Shown here: one piece after another, positions 32,578 to 42,246 of the stretch | How the letters are laid out: each line of letters opens with the position of its first letter | Numbering within the stretch: position 1 is the first letter of the stretch | Assembly: GCA_047495785.1 (NCBI GenBank) | Contig: JBLDXI010000059.1 | Location: 1-64,000 of the forward strand | Source of the DNA: Lepidodermella squamata | Taxonomy: Eukaryota > Animalia > Gastrotricha | Length of the DNA stretch: 64,000 nucleotides | Direction: 5' to 3' | Notes under the pieces: model-generated | Database searches by the model: none | Told to the model about the DNA's origin: nothing | Seen by the model: only the letters and a program-made list of their open reading frames with translations | Translations under genes and position numbers: made by a program

Positions 32578-34773
32578 TCACTGAATAATTTTCCGAATTT
32601 TTGAAGCAAGAGTTTTGACAAAACGTTCATTCCCTGCTAAAAGAGTATTGCAGCCACACGAGTCATCTTCAAAAATTCCAGCCAGAATAATCGCAACAGT
32701 CATGGCCACAATGTCGAACAGCTTACCGGTTTTACGCTTTTTGTCACCCAGGTTGTAGACGCGAATAAAATTTGCGACAATTTTAGGGCGGTCTTCAATT
32801 CTAATCGACACCAGAGCAGGCGAGGCGGTTACCAATGAGTGGAAACAAAGCAAAAGAGAAGCCGTATTTTCGCTCAATTCACGCATTTTCTCGAGCTCGT
32901 TAAGAATAGATCGGGCTAATTCATCGAGATTTTTGCGATATTTCGTCTCCAGTCGCAAACGGCAGTCACGACTGCGTAAATTTCGAAAAACAGCCGCCAA
33001 ACACAGCGGCGAAAAATGCGTAGAAACCCTCGTAAAATCAGTCATAAATTTGATCGTAGGATCGAATCGTTTACTTTCCATGAGTTTGGCGAAGTAGGAT
33101 TTGCGAAATGAAGGCGCCGATATCATAGCCAGGAGAAAATCGAAAATGATTCGGGATCCTCCGATCAACCGAATAGTCACATGCTTCGAAGCAGTTTCCA
33201 TTCGAGCGAGAACAGAATCGACAAATCGATCGCAGAAATATCGATTGTTAACAACGGATGCCGCAGCTGAGTTGTCATTTGAGTGGCCGAGAATAAATTC
33301 CAAGTAATGAATAGCCAGAACAAGTTGCTGCTCCCCGAGTTCATCCTTCTGTTCCAGATTTTCGAGATTTTCGAAGGTTAGCTCCAGTTTCAAGCCGATG
33401 AACGTGAAAATTGAAGACATTTTAACCAGGGCAGTATGTAAACGTTCAGACCCTGCTATGAAAGCCAGGTAGATAGATAAGAGGCCTGAAATATCGTAGC
33501 AAAGCAACATGGAAGTGACCACTTTGGTTGAAGTAGTATCTCTCCCTTTGATGAAAGCGCTTTTCCAATCGCCGAAACCCATCGAGGCAGCCAGGCATAG
33601 ACGATCGATGGTTTCAACGCATTCCCGATCAGATAAAGCTGTGAGATTTTTCTGAAATTTCTTACTACCATTGTCCGGTGAAATGTGATGAACAGCAGTT
33701 CTGATCAAAATATCCGGCAATGTTTCCCTCGAAGCACTGTGCTCACGCATGATTGATTCATCGTAAGGTTCTCCAGTGAATAAATCGTACAACGCGAGTT
33801 TGGCATACCAGCTCATGTCATTCAGAGGCGCGGTCGAGTCGATAAACTCCGGAAATTGGCGGAAAATGCAGAATATTTCAACCCACGACGTTAGCACATC
33901 AGAAAAGGCGCCTAAAGGAGCCAATCCAATTTTCTTCAGCGACTCTGGTTTCGTGAGGCTAGCAGCAAACTTGGCTACAAAAGCCCTCGCCCAAGGCAGT
34001 TCAGCTACCTTTGAATAATCGCGTAAAGCGTCCGCTGCTTCAACGACGAGCCTCGTAAGTCGGCCGAGAAATCGCAACTGATCCACATTCATTTCAAGAA
34101 AATCAGCGTTAGATAAAAAATCGCTTAAAAATTTGTTTTTCGCAATTCCATCAATAAATTTAGTCGCTTGATTGCGAGAATCGGGATGAGTTTCAGATAG
34201 CCAGGTCTCAAATCGAACCAAAAAGAAAATACTTTCCAGCCAATCGACTGGTTCTTTCATCTTCAGAATGTTATCAATGGGCGAGTTTTTATCATTCAGG
34301 TCACTAAGATCGCTCGCAGTTATTCCCTCAGGGTGAAAATGGCCATTTTTGAGATAGGCAGCCGCTCGTGAAACTCCCAGTTCGGCATTCGGAGGCGGCT
34401 TCTTATTGCCGTATCGAAACACCCGTAACCCGTAAAGGCTAACCGCCTGTTTAAGCTTGCCGATTTTAGCCGCTAGATCAATCATGTGATCCAACAAATT
34501 GGCGTCGAATTCACCGAAAACTTCACCGGCTTTCAAGTAGAGTTTGTAAGTTCCTTCAAAGTCTTCACCAGTCACCACCCGGGCAGCTTTCACTAACAGG
34601 TTCAATTGAGTCTTCTTCAACGCATCCATGGCTTCTTTGCCACCAGCTGCCCTGATTCGGACTTCATCGCGAAATTTAACGACATCAGCCCGGTTTCGTA
34701 ATTTTACAAATAATTCGCTGATTTGGTCAGATCCAGGCTCAACGTTTTTACCGAAAATAATGCCAAAATCCAT
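32578..34773 (-). CDS. Family A copy A7, 731 aa
   Basis: The family start MDFGIIFGKNVEPGS at 34773 follows a TTTTAG acceptor. The track's longer start overlaps the upstream gene. PLNDMSW, IDRLCL and NNRYFC motifs. Confidence 0.9.
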   Translation of the reverse strand: MDFGIIFGKNVEPGSDQISELFVKLRNRADVVKFRDEVRIRAAGGKEAMDALKKTQLNLLVKAARVVTGEDFEGTYKLYLKAGEVFGEFDANLLDHMIDLAAKIGKLKQAVSLYGLRVFRYGNKKPPPNAELGVSRAAAYLKNGHFHPEGITASDLSDLNDKNSPIDNILKMKEPVDWLESIFFLVRFETWLSETHPDSRNQATKFIDGIAKNKFLSDFLSNADFLEMNVDQLRFLGRLTRLVVEAADALRDYSKVAELPWARAFVAKFAASLTKPESLKKIGLAPLGAFSDVLTSWVEIFCIFRQFPEFIDSTAPLNDMSWYAKLALYDLFTGEPYDESIMREHSASRETLPDILIRTAVHHISPDNGSKKFQKNLTALSDRECVETIDRLCLAASMGFGDWKSAFIKGRDTTSTKVVTSMLLCYDISGLLSIYLAFIAGSERLHTALVKMSSIFTFIGLKLELTFENLENLEQKDELGEQQLVLAIHYLEFILGHSNDNSAAASVVNNRYFCDRFVDSVLARMETASKHVTIRLIGGSRIIFDFLLAMISAPSFRKSYFAKLMESKRFDPTIKFMTDFTRVSTHFSPLCLAAVFRNLRSRDCRLRLETKYRKNLDELARSILNELEKMRELSENTASLLLCFHSLVTASPALVSIRIEDRPKIVANFIRVYNLGDKKRKTGKLFDIVAMTVAIILAGIFEDDSCGCNTLLAGNERFVKTLASKIRKIIQ

Positions 34774-34852
34774 GAAAAAATGCGAATCTAAAACACCGTT
34801 ACATAAATTATTAGTATTTTTTAATAAAATAATTATATTATTCAATGAATTT

Positions 34853-35966
34853 TCACGCATCAAAGCCCAGACATTTGTAGAATCTAACCATATCTTCCGC
34901 ATTCAATCTGTGAACAATCTCTCTCAGAGGAGCATAACGACACAAATCGCTGTCCAAAGGACCATCGACTTTGGAGTGACTGAAAGCTCGAATTCTCAAG
35001 TGCACCTGACGGGCCGCTAGACCCGTGAAAAACGCGTCCTCATTCGTCAGCGAGTTATCTGTGTGTCTCAGTCCGTAGGGTATCAACAAATCCAAATTTC
35101 CTAATTGAAAAATATACGCCGTTCCGGAGCAAAATCGCGGAAAATACATGGGGGCATAGACTTCAAACGGTGTATAATTTTTGTCAAGTTGGTAACGAAT
35201 GACCCGAGAATTCGGCCATGCGCGACAATAGAATGTCTTGTCATCGGCACCGTTCCGCCTCATCAATCGACCAACTGAGTGAGCTACAGCGGGTAAGTTG
35301 ACAAAAGTATCATCGTCAGCTTTAACCACGTAGTAGCTGGACGGGTTCACCGCTTGATTTGTCAAGTTCAGTTTATGACGAATCCAGATAAAAGTTTCAA
35401 GGCTTTTCAGGGTCAGTAATCGATATTCATCGATGACGTTCAGAATGATCACATCGCCGTAAATCGAACTTTCATTCAGCAATTTTCTGTCAATTTCCGC
35501 TTCATCAGATGCCGTCGTATTCCGGGCTTTTCCAACGAAGAAGTAAGGTCCTTTGACATTTGATCCGATAGTTGCGGAGAGAAATCGGCGATTCGCCCAG
35601 GTTTGGCGAATGGCATTGCGGTTGACGAATCGGTCGCGGCCTGAGATGACAGCGATTATCAGTGGTATTTCAACAGGCCCGCTGTCGTAGGAGGGATCTA
35701 AAATTTCGATACGAGAAATCAGACAAAATTGTAGCAGATTTGATGCGCTTACTGGTGTAATATGTATTCAGCTGATTCAAGTTGATAATAACGCATTTGA
35801 TCGAAATAACCGCGAAAACACCTTAAAATAATGAATTATTCTCAGTCAATCGGCTATATGACTCACTTGCGAATATCAAAACCCCAATAATTCGAATCGA
35901 AAGCGATCCATTTTTACTAGGCAAATTCACATTTTCTGGGTCATCGATTGGAACCGTATCAGTCAT
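34853..35966 (-). CDS. Beta-1,3-galactosyltransferase-like (GT31), 3 exons, ~337 aa
   Basis: Introns 35822-35866 and 35698-35752 give a type II membrane anchor, then RNAIRQTW, YGDVI, DEYRLLTLKS, KADDDTFVN, FCSGTAY and EDAFFTG motifs. Confidence 0.9.
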
Positions 35967-36590
35967 TTCAGCAAGGTCCACATTGAAATTAGTGCCCAGA
36001 GTCAAAAGTAACGATCTCCAAGAGCAGACGAGTGTATTTGTTTAAGGGAACATTTCTAGACCAGTCCTAGGCGAAATACTGCTCTAATGAAGAGCGCACG
36101 TTTTCACATTACGCACAAGGATTGGTCGGCGATTTCTGGCGGCCGGAAACGGCAAATGAGAAGACTCAACTTTGTTTTGCTTAAATCTCACGCTGTCTCA
36201 TTTAGTCACCCGGTCACCTTAACGTCAAGAAATAAATGTTAAAATTTTTTAATTCTGTCACATTGAACAAACTCCACCGGAAAGCAGCAGATTTGTAGCT
36301 TAAAAATGCAAAAATGCATAGTCAAATCACCCAGAAAAAAGCACTAATCAAAAAGAATTTATAAATCAATTAATGAAATATGATAGATTTCGGTACTAAG
36401 ATTTCTTTATTCGAATATTCAAAATTTCAAGAAGCTTTGAAATCCCAGCAATCACAAGTTCAAAATCTGATCAGATATAGGTAAATAAGAGATGCATAGT
36501 TAAGAGTGTAAGTAAGCATACAGCATTAACAATATTAATGTGAGAAAATTGGTGAAATTTGACGAAAACATGGGCAGAGTCAAATAACGT

Positions 36591-38807
36591 TCAAACCTTA
36601 ACAATCAGTTCAAGTTCTTTGATCAGCAATATTATCGATTTTGACTCGGCTTTGCGTACAAAAGTTTTCAACTTTGGATCAATCGAAACAAGCCAAGCGA
36701 GATTAATTGCAACAATCATCAAGACAATATCGATGTCTTTCGAAATTTTCTTCTGACGGGTTTTCATCGCGGACCGAAAAATGCGCAAAAAGCCTGAAAT
36801 CAGCTTTGAGCGATCGCTTCCTTCGAAATCAACGCTTTCAATTTTGACCAATACAGGGCATGCGATAAACAAGGAATGAAACAGTAAGAGATACAGCGCC
36901 GTGTTTTGAACACTGGCGATTTCGGAATCGATGCAAATCCGAGAGACAACATGCTGTCCGAGCTTTAAAAGCTTGATTGAAAATTTAGCAGCCAATCGAT
37001 CGCGGCAATCAAAGCTTGTCAAGCTGCGAAAAACAGCAGTGACACAACCCAACGAGAAATGTGATGGAACCTTCTTGAACTCACACAAAAATTTGACTGC
37101 AGGATCAAATTTTTCCTTATTCATTAATCTAGCGAAAAAGGAATCTCTGAACGAAGGCGCAGAAAGCAGAAAATCGACAACGGCAAAGATGAATTTGTGA
37201 TAGCCGGGAATAAGCGAAGAAATTTCGTGGCTCATCACAGCATCAACGCGACTTAACAGCTAGCCGACAAATCGCTTGCAGAATTCTTTGTTATTCACAG
37301 CGCGGGATGAATCTGGCTTTTCAGCTTTGAAAGAAATCAGTTCCAAGTTGCGAATCGACACAGCAAGCTCCGGCTGGCCAGAATCAGACGTTAGGTTATC
37401 CAAATGCCGACAGCAAAATTCGATTTTCAACGCGTAAAAAACGTAAATTGACGACATTCGCATGATTTCGGTTTGGACAGGTGTAGCCTTGAAATTCATG
37501 AAAACTCCGGCTAAAATGTTTGAAACAGCGCAGGTCAAAATCTGGGTTGTGATATAATGAGGAACGTAAGAGTCTTCGTTCTTGTTTCTCAAGAACTGGC
37601 ACTGCCATTCAGCAAACGCAGCCATTCCAAGCAAGCACAATCGATCAATCGATTCAATAACCTCTTTCGACGACAATTTGTTCGCAGATTTTACAAATTG
37701 GGTGTAATCGGGACGGTGCGGATTCCCCTGTCCCATGGTCATCAAGAATGCGGAGATTTCAGTAGCACCACTTGGGCTGCAGTGGGTGAGAGGATTGAAT
37801 GGGCCACCGCTGAACAGCAGAAGGAGGGCCACTTTCGTGCACCACGCAAAATCGTTGAAAGGCGGCATGTGATCGACTCTGATTTTGCAAGCTTTGAAAA
37901 GCATTGCGATTTGATACCAACCGTGAATAGCATCGTCAAAAGCTCCCATCGGGGCAATTGCCAGTCTCTTGATCGCTTCCGGTTTGGCGAGACTCAAGCC
38001 GAAATTTGTAACAAATTTTTTGGCCCATGGCAGCTCGGGGATTAAAGAATGCAAATCCAGCGCTATGCAATACATGAAAATCATTTTGGTAAATTGGCCG
38101 AGAAATCGGAGCTGGTTCAAATTCATGTTAACAAAATCCGCCTTATCCAACAAATCGCTCAAAAACGGACTCTTGGCTATCCCAGTGACGAGCTTCATTC
38201 CTTCATTTCTCGCCTGCTCACGAAATTTCGCTAAATATTTTGTAGCCCGCAATAGGTAGAAGAACGCTTCCATCCAATCAAATGGTTCGACAAGGCTCAG
38301 AATTGGATCAATCGGAGATGACATATCCATCGAGCCGCCAATTTCGAAGGGTAAGACGAACTCGACTGGGAAGTGGCCGTGCTTAACGTAGAAGTCTCCA
38401 AGTCGCAGGCCGGGTCTGCCACAACGGGGGTCCATAGGGCCGTAGCACGACATTCGAAGAGAGTACAGTCCAACAACCTGCCGAAACTTCCGTTTTTCCA
38501 GTAGAAGATCTGCGATGTCAGTGAACGCGAAAAAATCCCATTCTCCATCAATTTCCGCAACTTGATTCATGTATTTCATATATCCGTCATAGTCACCCTC
38601 GATCGAAGCATCGCCAGCTTTCATTTCCAATTGAAAAGTGGCATCATGCCTTGCATCGATAGCCTCCTGGCCGCCAGCCACTGTCTCCCGCAGTTCTTCG
38701 CGGAATAGAGCAACGGCTTCGCGGTTCTTCAAACGAACCAGCACATTGCTAACTGCATCTGATCCTGGTTCAACATTTTTACCGAAAAAAAGATGGTTAA
38801 AATCCAT
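36591..38807 (-). pseudogene. Family A copy A8 with a single in-frame TAG (37260-37262)
   Basis: Track ORFs 37260-38807 and 36591-37238 are in the same frame. FCKRFVG*LLSRVDA aligns with FCDRFVDSVLARMET of A7. Confidence 0.8.
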
Positions 38808-38869
38808 CTAAATAATAATATAGAATCAATTTCAGTCATTGAAAGAGCTTTTTGTTTTGCGAGTTTATT
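38808..38869 (-). promoter_or_regulatory. Candidate intercistronic element: AATAAA followed by a trans-splice acceptor abutting the next ATG
   Basis: On the minus strand, AATAAA at 38869-38864, then a U-rich tract, then TATTATTATTTAG|ATG at 38807. The whole stop-to-start spacer is 132 nt. Confidence 0.6.
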
Positions 38870-38939
38870 CCGTAATGAAAAAATGAAAGATGAAATCATC
38901 ACAAATTTAGAATCAATGGAAATCAGCGTGAGAATGAGG

Positions 38940-41150
38940 TTAATTGATGACCCTTTGAAACTCGCGAATGCAACCGACCATCTTGCTTTGATCTTCAGCT
39001 TTGAGAGTTTTGAAAAGTAACTGATCATCCGAAACAAGCTCGGCGAGAATAATTGCGATTGCCATCAACATGAGATTGCCAGCGTTATCTCCGCCAGCGC
39101 TAAAGCGATCGACGAGTTTCAGTAAATATCGGCAAAATTTCACTCGATGAGCTGATTCCGGGAAAACCTGTTCAGTGGATACCAGCCACGGCTTAGTAAC
39201 GAATAACGCGCGTAAACACAACAAAAAGGAACAAATTTGCTCATCATCAGCGGTATCAGAATTTTTCTTCAAATTCCAAACAAGGCTCTGGGCAAATTTT
39301 GAAAATTGCGGCCCATATTTCGCAGCCAATCTAGTTCGATTTTCCGCACGTTCCAACCTCCGAAAAGTAGCAGCCAGGTAAATAGAAGGGTAAATCTTGC
39401 TGTTGTTCTCAAAAGCACATAAAAATTCAATTGCTGGATCAAATCGCTCACTCTGCATCAGTTCTGCGAAGTAAGAGCCGTTGAAGCTAGGCGTCGAAAA
39501 CAAATTAAACAGGAAGTCAAACAGCTGCTTTGGGCCGAAAGCGAACAGCAACGCTGGATGTTTGGACACGGCTTCAATATTACGAATCACTGAGTCGAAA
39601 AATCGATCGCAGAAATCTCGGTTGTTCACGACAGACGATGCACCCGGGCTTTTCGCGTCTTGAAAAATGACACCAAGGTTTCGAATGCAAACTGCCAACG
39701 CAGGCCGGCCGAAATCAGAGTTGAGTTTATCCAAATTTTGGCAGCAAAATTCGAGTTTCAAAGCGTAGAATACGAAAATTGACGGGATCTGCCATAACAC
39801 TTTCTGTTTCGAGGTTCCCATCAAATTCCAGTGGATGAAATTGAACAGATTCGAGACATCAGAATTCAGATCACGAAGTGTGTTTACTCGTTTTGTAGCA
39901 GCCTCTTCGGCCGGTTCTATGAACTCATTTTTCCATTCAGCAAACGCTATCATGCCAAGTAAGCAGAGGCGATCGATTGTAGCCGCCATTTCCTGATCGG
40001 AAAATTCTTCGAAATTCCGGAAAAAATCGTTCGAATAAGGCAACCGAGAAAATTTATCGGCAAGTTTGATCACAATACTTGCGCAATCAAGCATTTCTTT
40101 CTTGCGAGATTTTACGGCCATAACATCAACTGGGCTTTTACCAAATAGGAAAAGTAGCGCGACCTTTGAATACCAGGACATATCATTGAATGGGGGAGTG
40201 GTATCAAGTCGAATTTCGCAATTTGAAAATAGAATAATGAAATCCATCCACCCGCAAATGATGTCATCGAAAGCATCGAGTGGGGCATGGGCGAGTCGTT
40301 TCATCGAATTCGGTTTAGCTAGACTAGAGCCAAAAGTGGTAAGAAACGATTTAGCCCAAGGTTGCTCGCATAAAAGCGGCCGTAACTCGAATTTTTTCGC
40401 CCACTCAATGACGCAACGAGTGAAACGTCCAATGAAATAAAGCTGAAGGATATCCATCTCAGCAAAGTCAGCTTTACCAAGTAAATCACTCAAATATTGG
40501 TTGTTTGACACCGTTTTAATGAATCTTCTTGCTTCAGATGCAGCCTCAGGATAGCCATGATCAAGCCAGAGTCCTAGTTTGTTCAAATAAAACAACCCTT
40601 CAAGCAATGAGGTCGTTCTATCCAAGCTCAAAACCGCGTCAATGTGCGACGATTTATTGCTGAGAACCAAATCCATGTCGCATCGTTTGATTGATGTCAG
40701 AAACGGCATGAAACGGTTTAAGGTTGAAAACGCTTCAACCTGGTGTTGCGGACCCATTTTCAGCAGGTCGTTTGTTTCATCTCTACCATATCCAATAATT
40801 CTCAGGTAGTAAATGCCCTGGGCGTGTTTGCCTTCCCCGGCACCCATGAAAAGGTCAAAAGTTGTGTCGAACAAACGGCGATCAAAACCGCCTGAAACTT
40901 GGACGGCTTGGAACATTTTATTCAAAGCCAGATCGTATTCTTGTTTGATTGCGGCGTCAGCCGATTCTCTGACCAGTTTTTTGACAGTTTCCTCCCTGGC
41001 TGCAATCGATTCAGGGCCACCTGCAGCTCTTTCGCGAACTTCACAGCGGAAATTTTCGACATCTTCCCGTGTTTTCAATCGGATCAACAATTTTCCGACT
41101 TGATCGGAGCCAGGATCAATATCATCTCCGAAAATAAGACGATAATCCAT
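38940..41150 (-). CDS. Family A copy A9, 736 aa
   Basis: Family start MDYRLIFGDDIDPGS at 41150, with PPFNDMSW, IDRLCL...AEW and NNRDFC motifs. Confidence 0.9.
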   Translation of the reverse strand: MDYRLIFGDDIDPGSDQVGKLLIRLKTREDVENFRCEVRERAAGGPESIAAREETVKKLVRESADAAIKQEYDLALNKMFQAVQVSGGFDRRLFDTTFDLFMGAGEGKHAQGIYYLRIIGYGRDETNDLLKMGPQHQVEAFSTLNRFMPFLTSIKRCDMDLVLSNKSSHIDAVLSLDRTTSLLEGLFYLNKLGLWLDHGYPEAASEARRFIKTVSNNQYLSDLLGKADFAEMDILQLYFIGRFTRCVIEWAKKFELRPLLCEQPWAKSFLTTFGSSLAKPNSMKRLAHAPLDAFDDIICGWMDFIILFSNCEIRLDTTPPFNDMSWYSKVALLFLFGKSPVDVMAVKSRKKEMLDCASIVIKLADKFSRLPYSNDFFRNFEEFSDQEMAATIDRLCLLGMIAFAEWKNEFIEPAEEAATKRVNTLRDLNSDVSNLFNFIHWNLMGTSKQKVLWQIPSIFVFYALKLEFCCQNLDKLNSDFGRPALAVCIRNLGVIFQDAKSPGASSVVNNRDFCDRFFDSVIRNIEAVSKHPALLFAFGPKQLFDFLFNLFSTPSFNGSYFAELMQSERFDPAIEFLCAFENNSKIYPSIYLAATFRRLERAENRTRLAAKYGPQFSKFAQSLVWNLKKNSDTADDEQICSFLLCLRALFVTKPWLVSTEQVFPESAHRVKFCRYLLKLVDRFSAGGDNAGNLMLMAIAIILAELVSDDQLLFKTLKAEDQSKMVGCIREFQRVIN

Positions 41151-41664
41151 ATCTACTGCAAACATTAAAACGATGAAATACCTAGAATTAAGGTTAATAG
41201 TGGACGGATAAGATCCGAATGCCAAGAAAAATTGACTGTAAATGACGATTGATAAAAGCTATGAAACCAAAAATCGATCAACGATAGTATCGATAATATC
41301 CTTGATAAGAACTCCGCTTCAAATTCAGCTTTTTCATTGGAATTTCTCGATCTCCACCCTGTTAAGAAAACCGTGCATTAATGAAATTGATGGCCGGGTT
41401 TCTTCTCGTTCTTCTGCGAATTTCTTGAATTTAAAAACATGAACCTTCTGTCTTCATTAGAAAATTTTCTGAAGAAATTAAAAAAATCTGAAAAACGATG
41501 AAATAGTATTATACAACCTGGAATTAAGCTAAAACACCGATATAAATGTTTATTTTGTAGATAAAAAATATATGGTCAAATAATAAATTTTAAGTAGCGT
41601 ATAACAACAAAGTGTGACTCAAATCTCTTCAATAATCAGTGATCGAACTTCAAAAACAAAAGTT

Positions 41665-42045
41665 TCATGAGGCGTAAAATGAAATAAGCGTAGCAACTAG
41701 TTCTCGAATGTCAGTTCTGTAGTCTTCAGGTAGCGTCTTCAGGTAAGTTATTTCGTCGTCAATCATTTCGAGTAAATTCGGAGGAAGCCCGTCGGCAACA
41801 GCGTCGGCAAATTTCTGGCCCAGTCCGAAGATGACCATATTTTTGGCATTTCCTCGCCCATCAAGGTGAATAAACTTTCCAGAACGAGTTCTCACGACAT
41901 TGGAAGAAATCCGTTCAGCGATGAGGGTAGTGTAACCTCTACCCCGCTTTTTCGACAAAAATCCTTCAACAATGCAGCCGCGAAAATTTTGCTCTGGAAT
42001 GATGCTCCAATCGCTTAGAATCAAATCAACTTTGTACGAGGTCAT
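41665..42045 (-). CDS. Stand-alone SANTA-domain protein (KNL-2/M18BP1 N-terminal domain-like), 126 aa
   Basis: LSDWSI...IVEG...TTLIAERISSNVVRTRSGKFIHLDG...GLGQKFADAVADGLPPN matches the SANTA pattern LxDW..veG..T.I..Ri..l.T.sG..y.L.G..Gf..F..GFP. Confidence 0.75.
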   Translation of the reverse strand: MTSYKVDLILSDWSIIPEQNFRGCIVEGFLSKKRGRGYTTLIAERISSNVVRTRSGKFIHLDGRGNAKNMVIFGLGQKFADAVADGLPPNLLEMIDDEITYLKTLPEDYRTDIRELVATLISFYAS

Positions 42046-42246
42046 TGTCAACAGAAAAATAAAATTTGAAATATAAAACAACAAAAATCTAAAATTAAAT
42101 CAGAGATTAAAAAATATTTGCCAGCAAGTACAATGATAAATGGATGGATATATAACTGTGCGTAGACAAGGATAACACTCGATTATAAGATGGTACAATT
42201 TAAAAGTTTGTAAATCAACAAGAAAGTCAACAACGAATGCAGCGAT

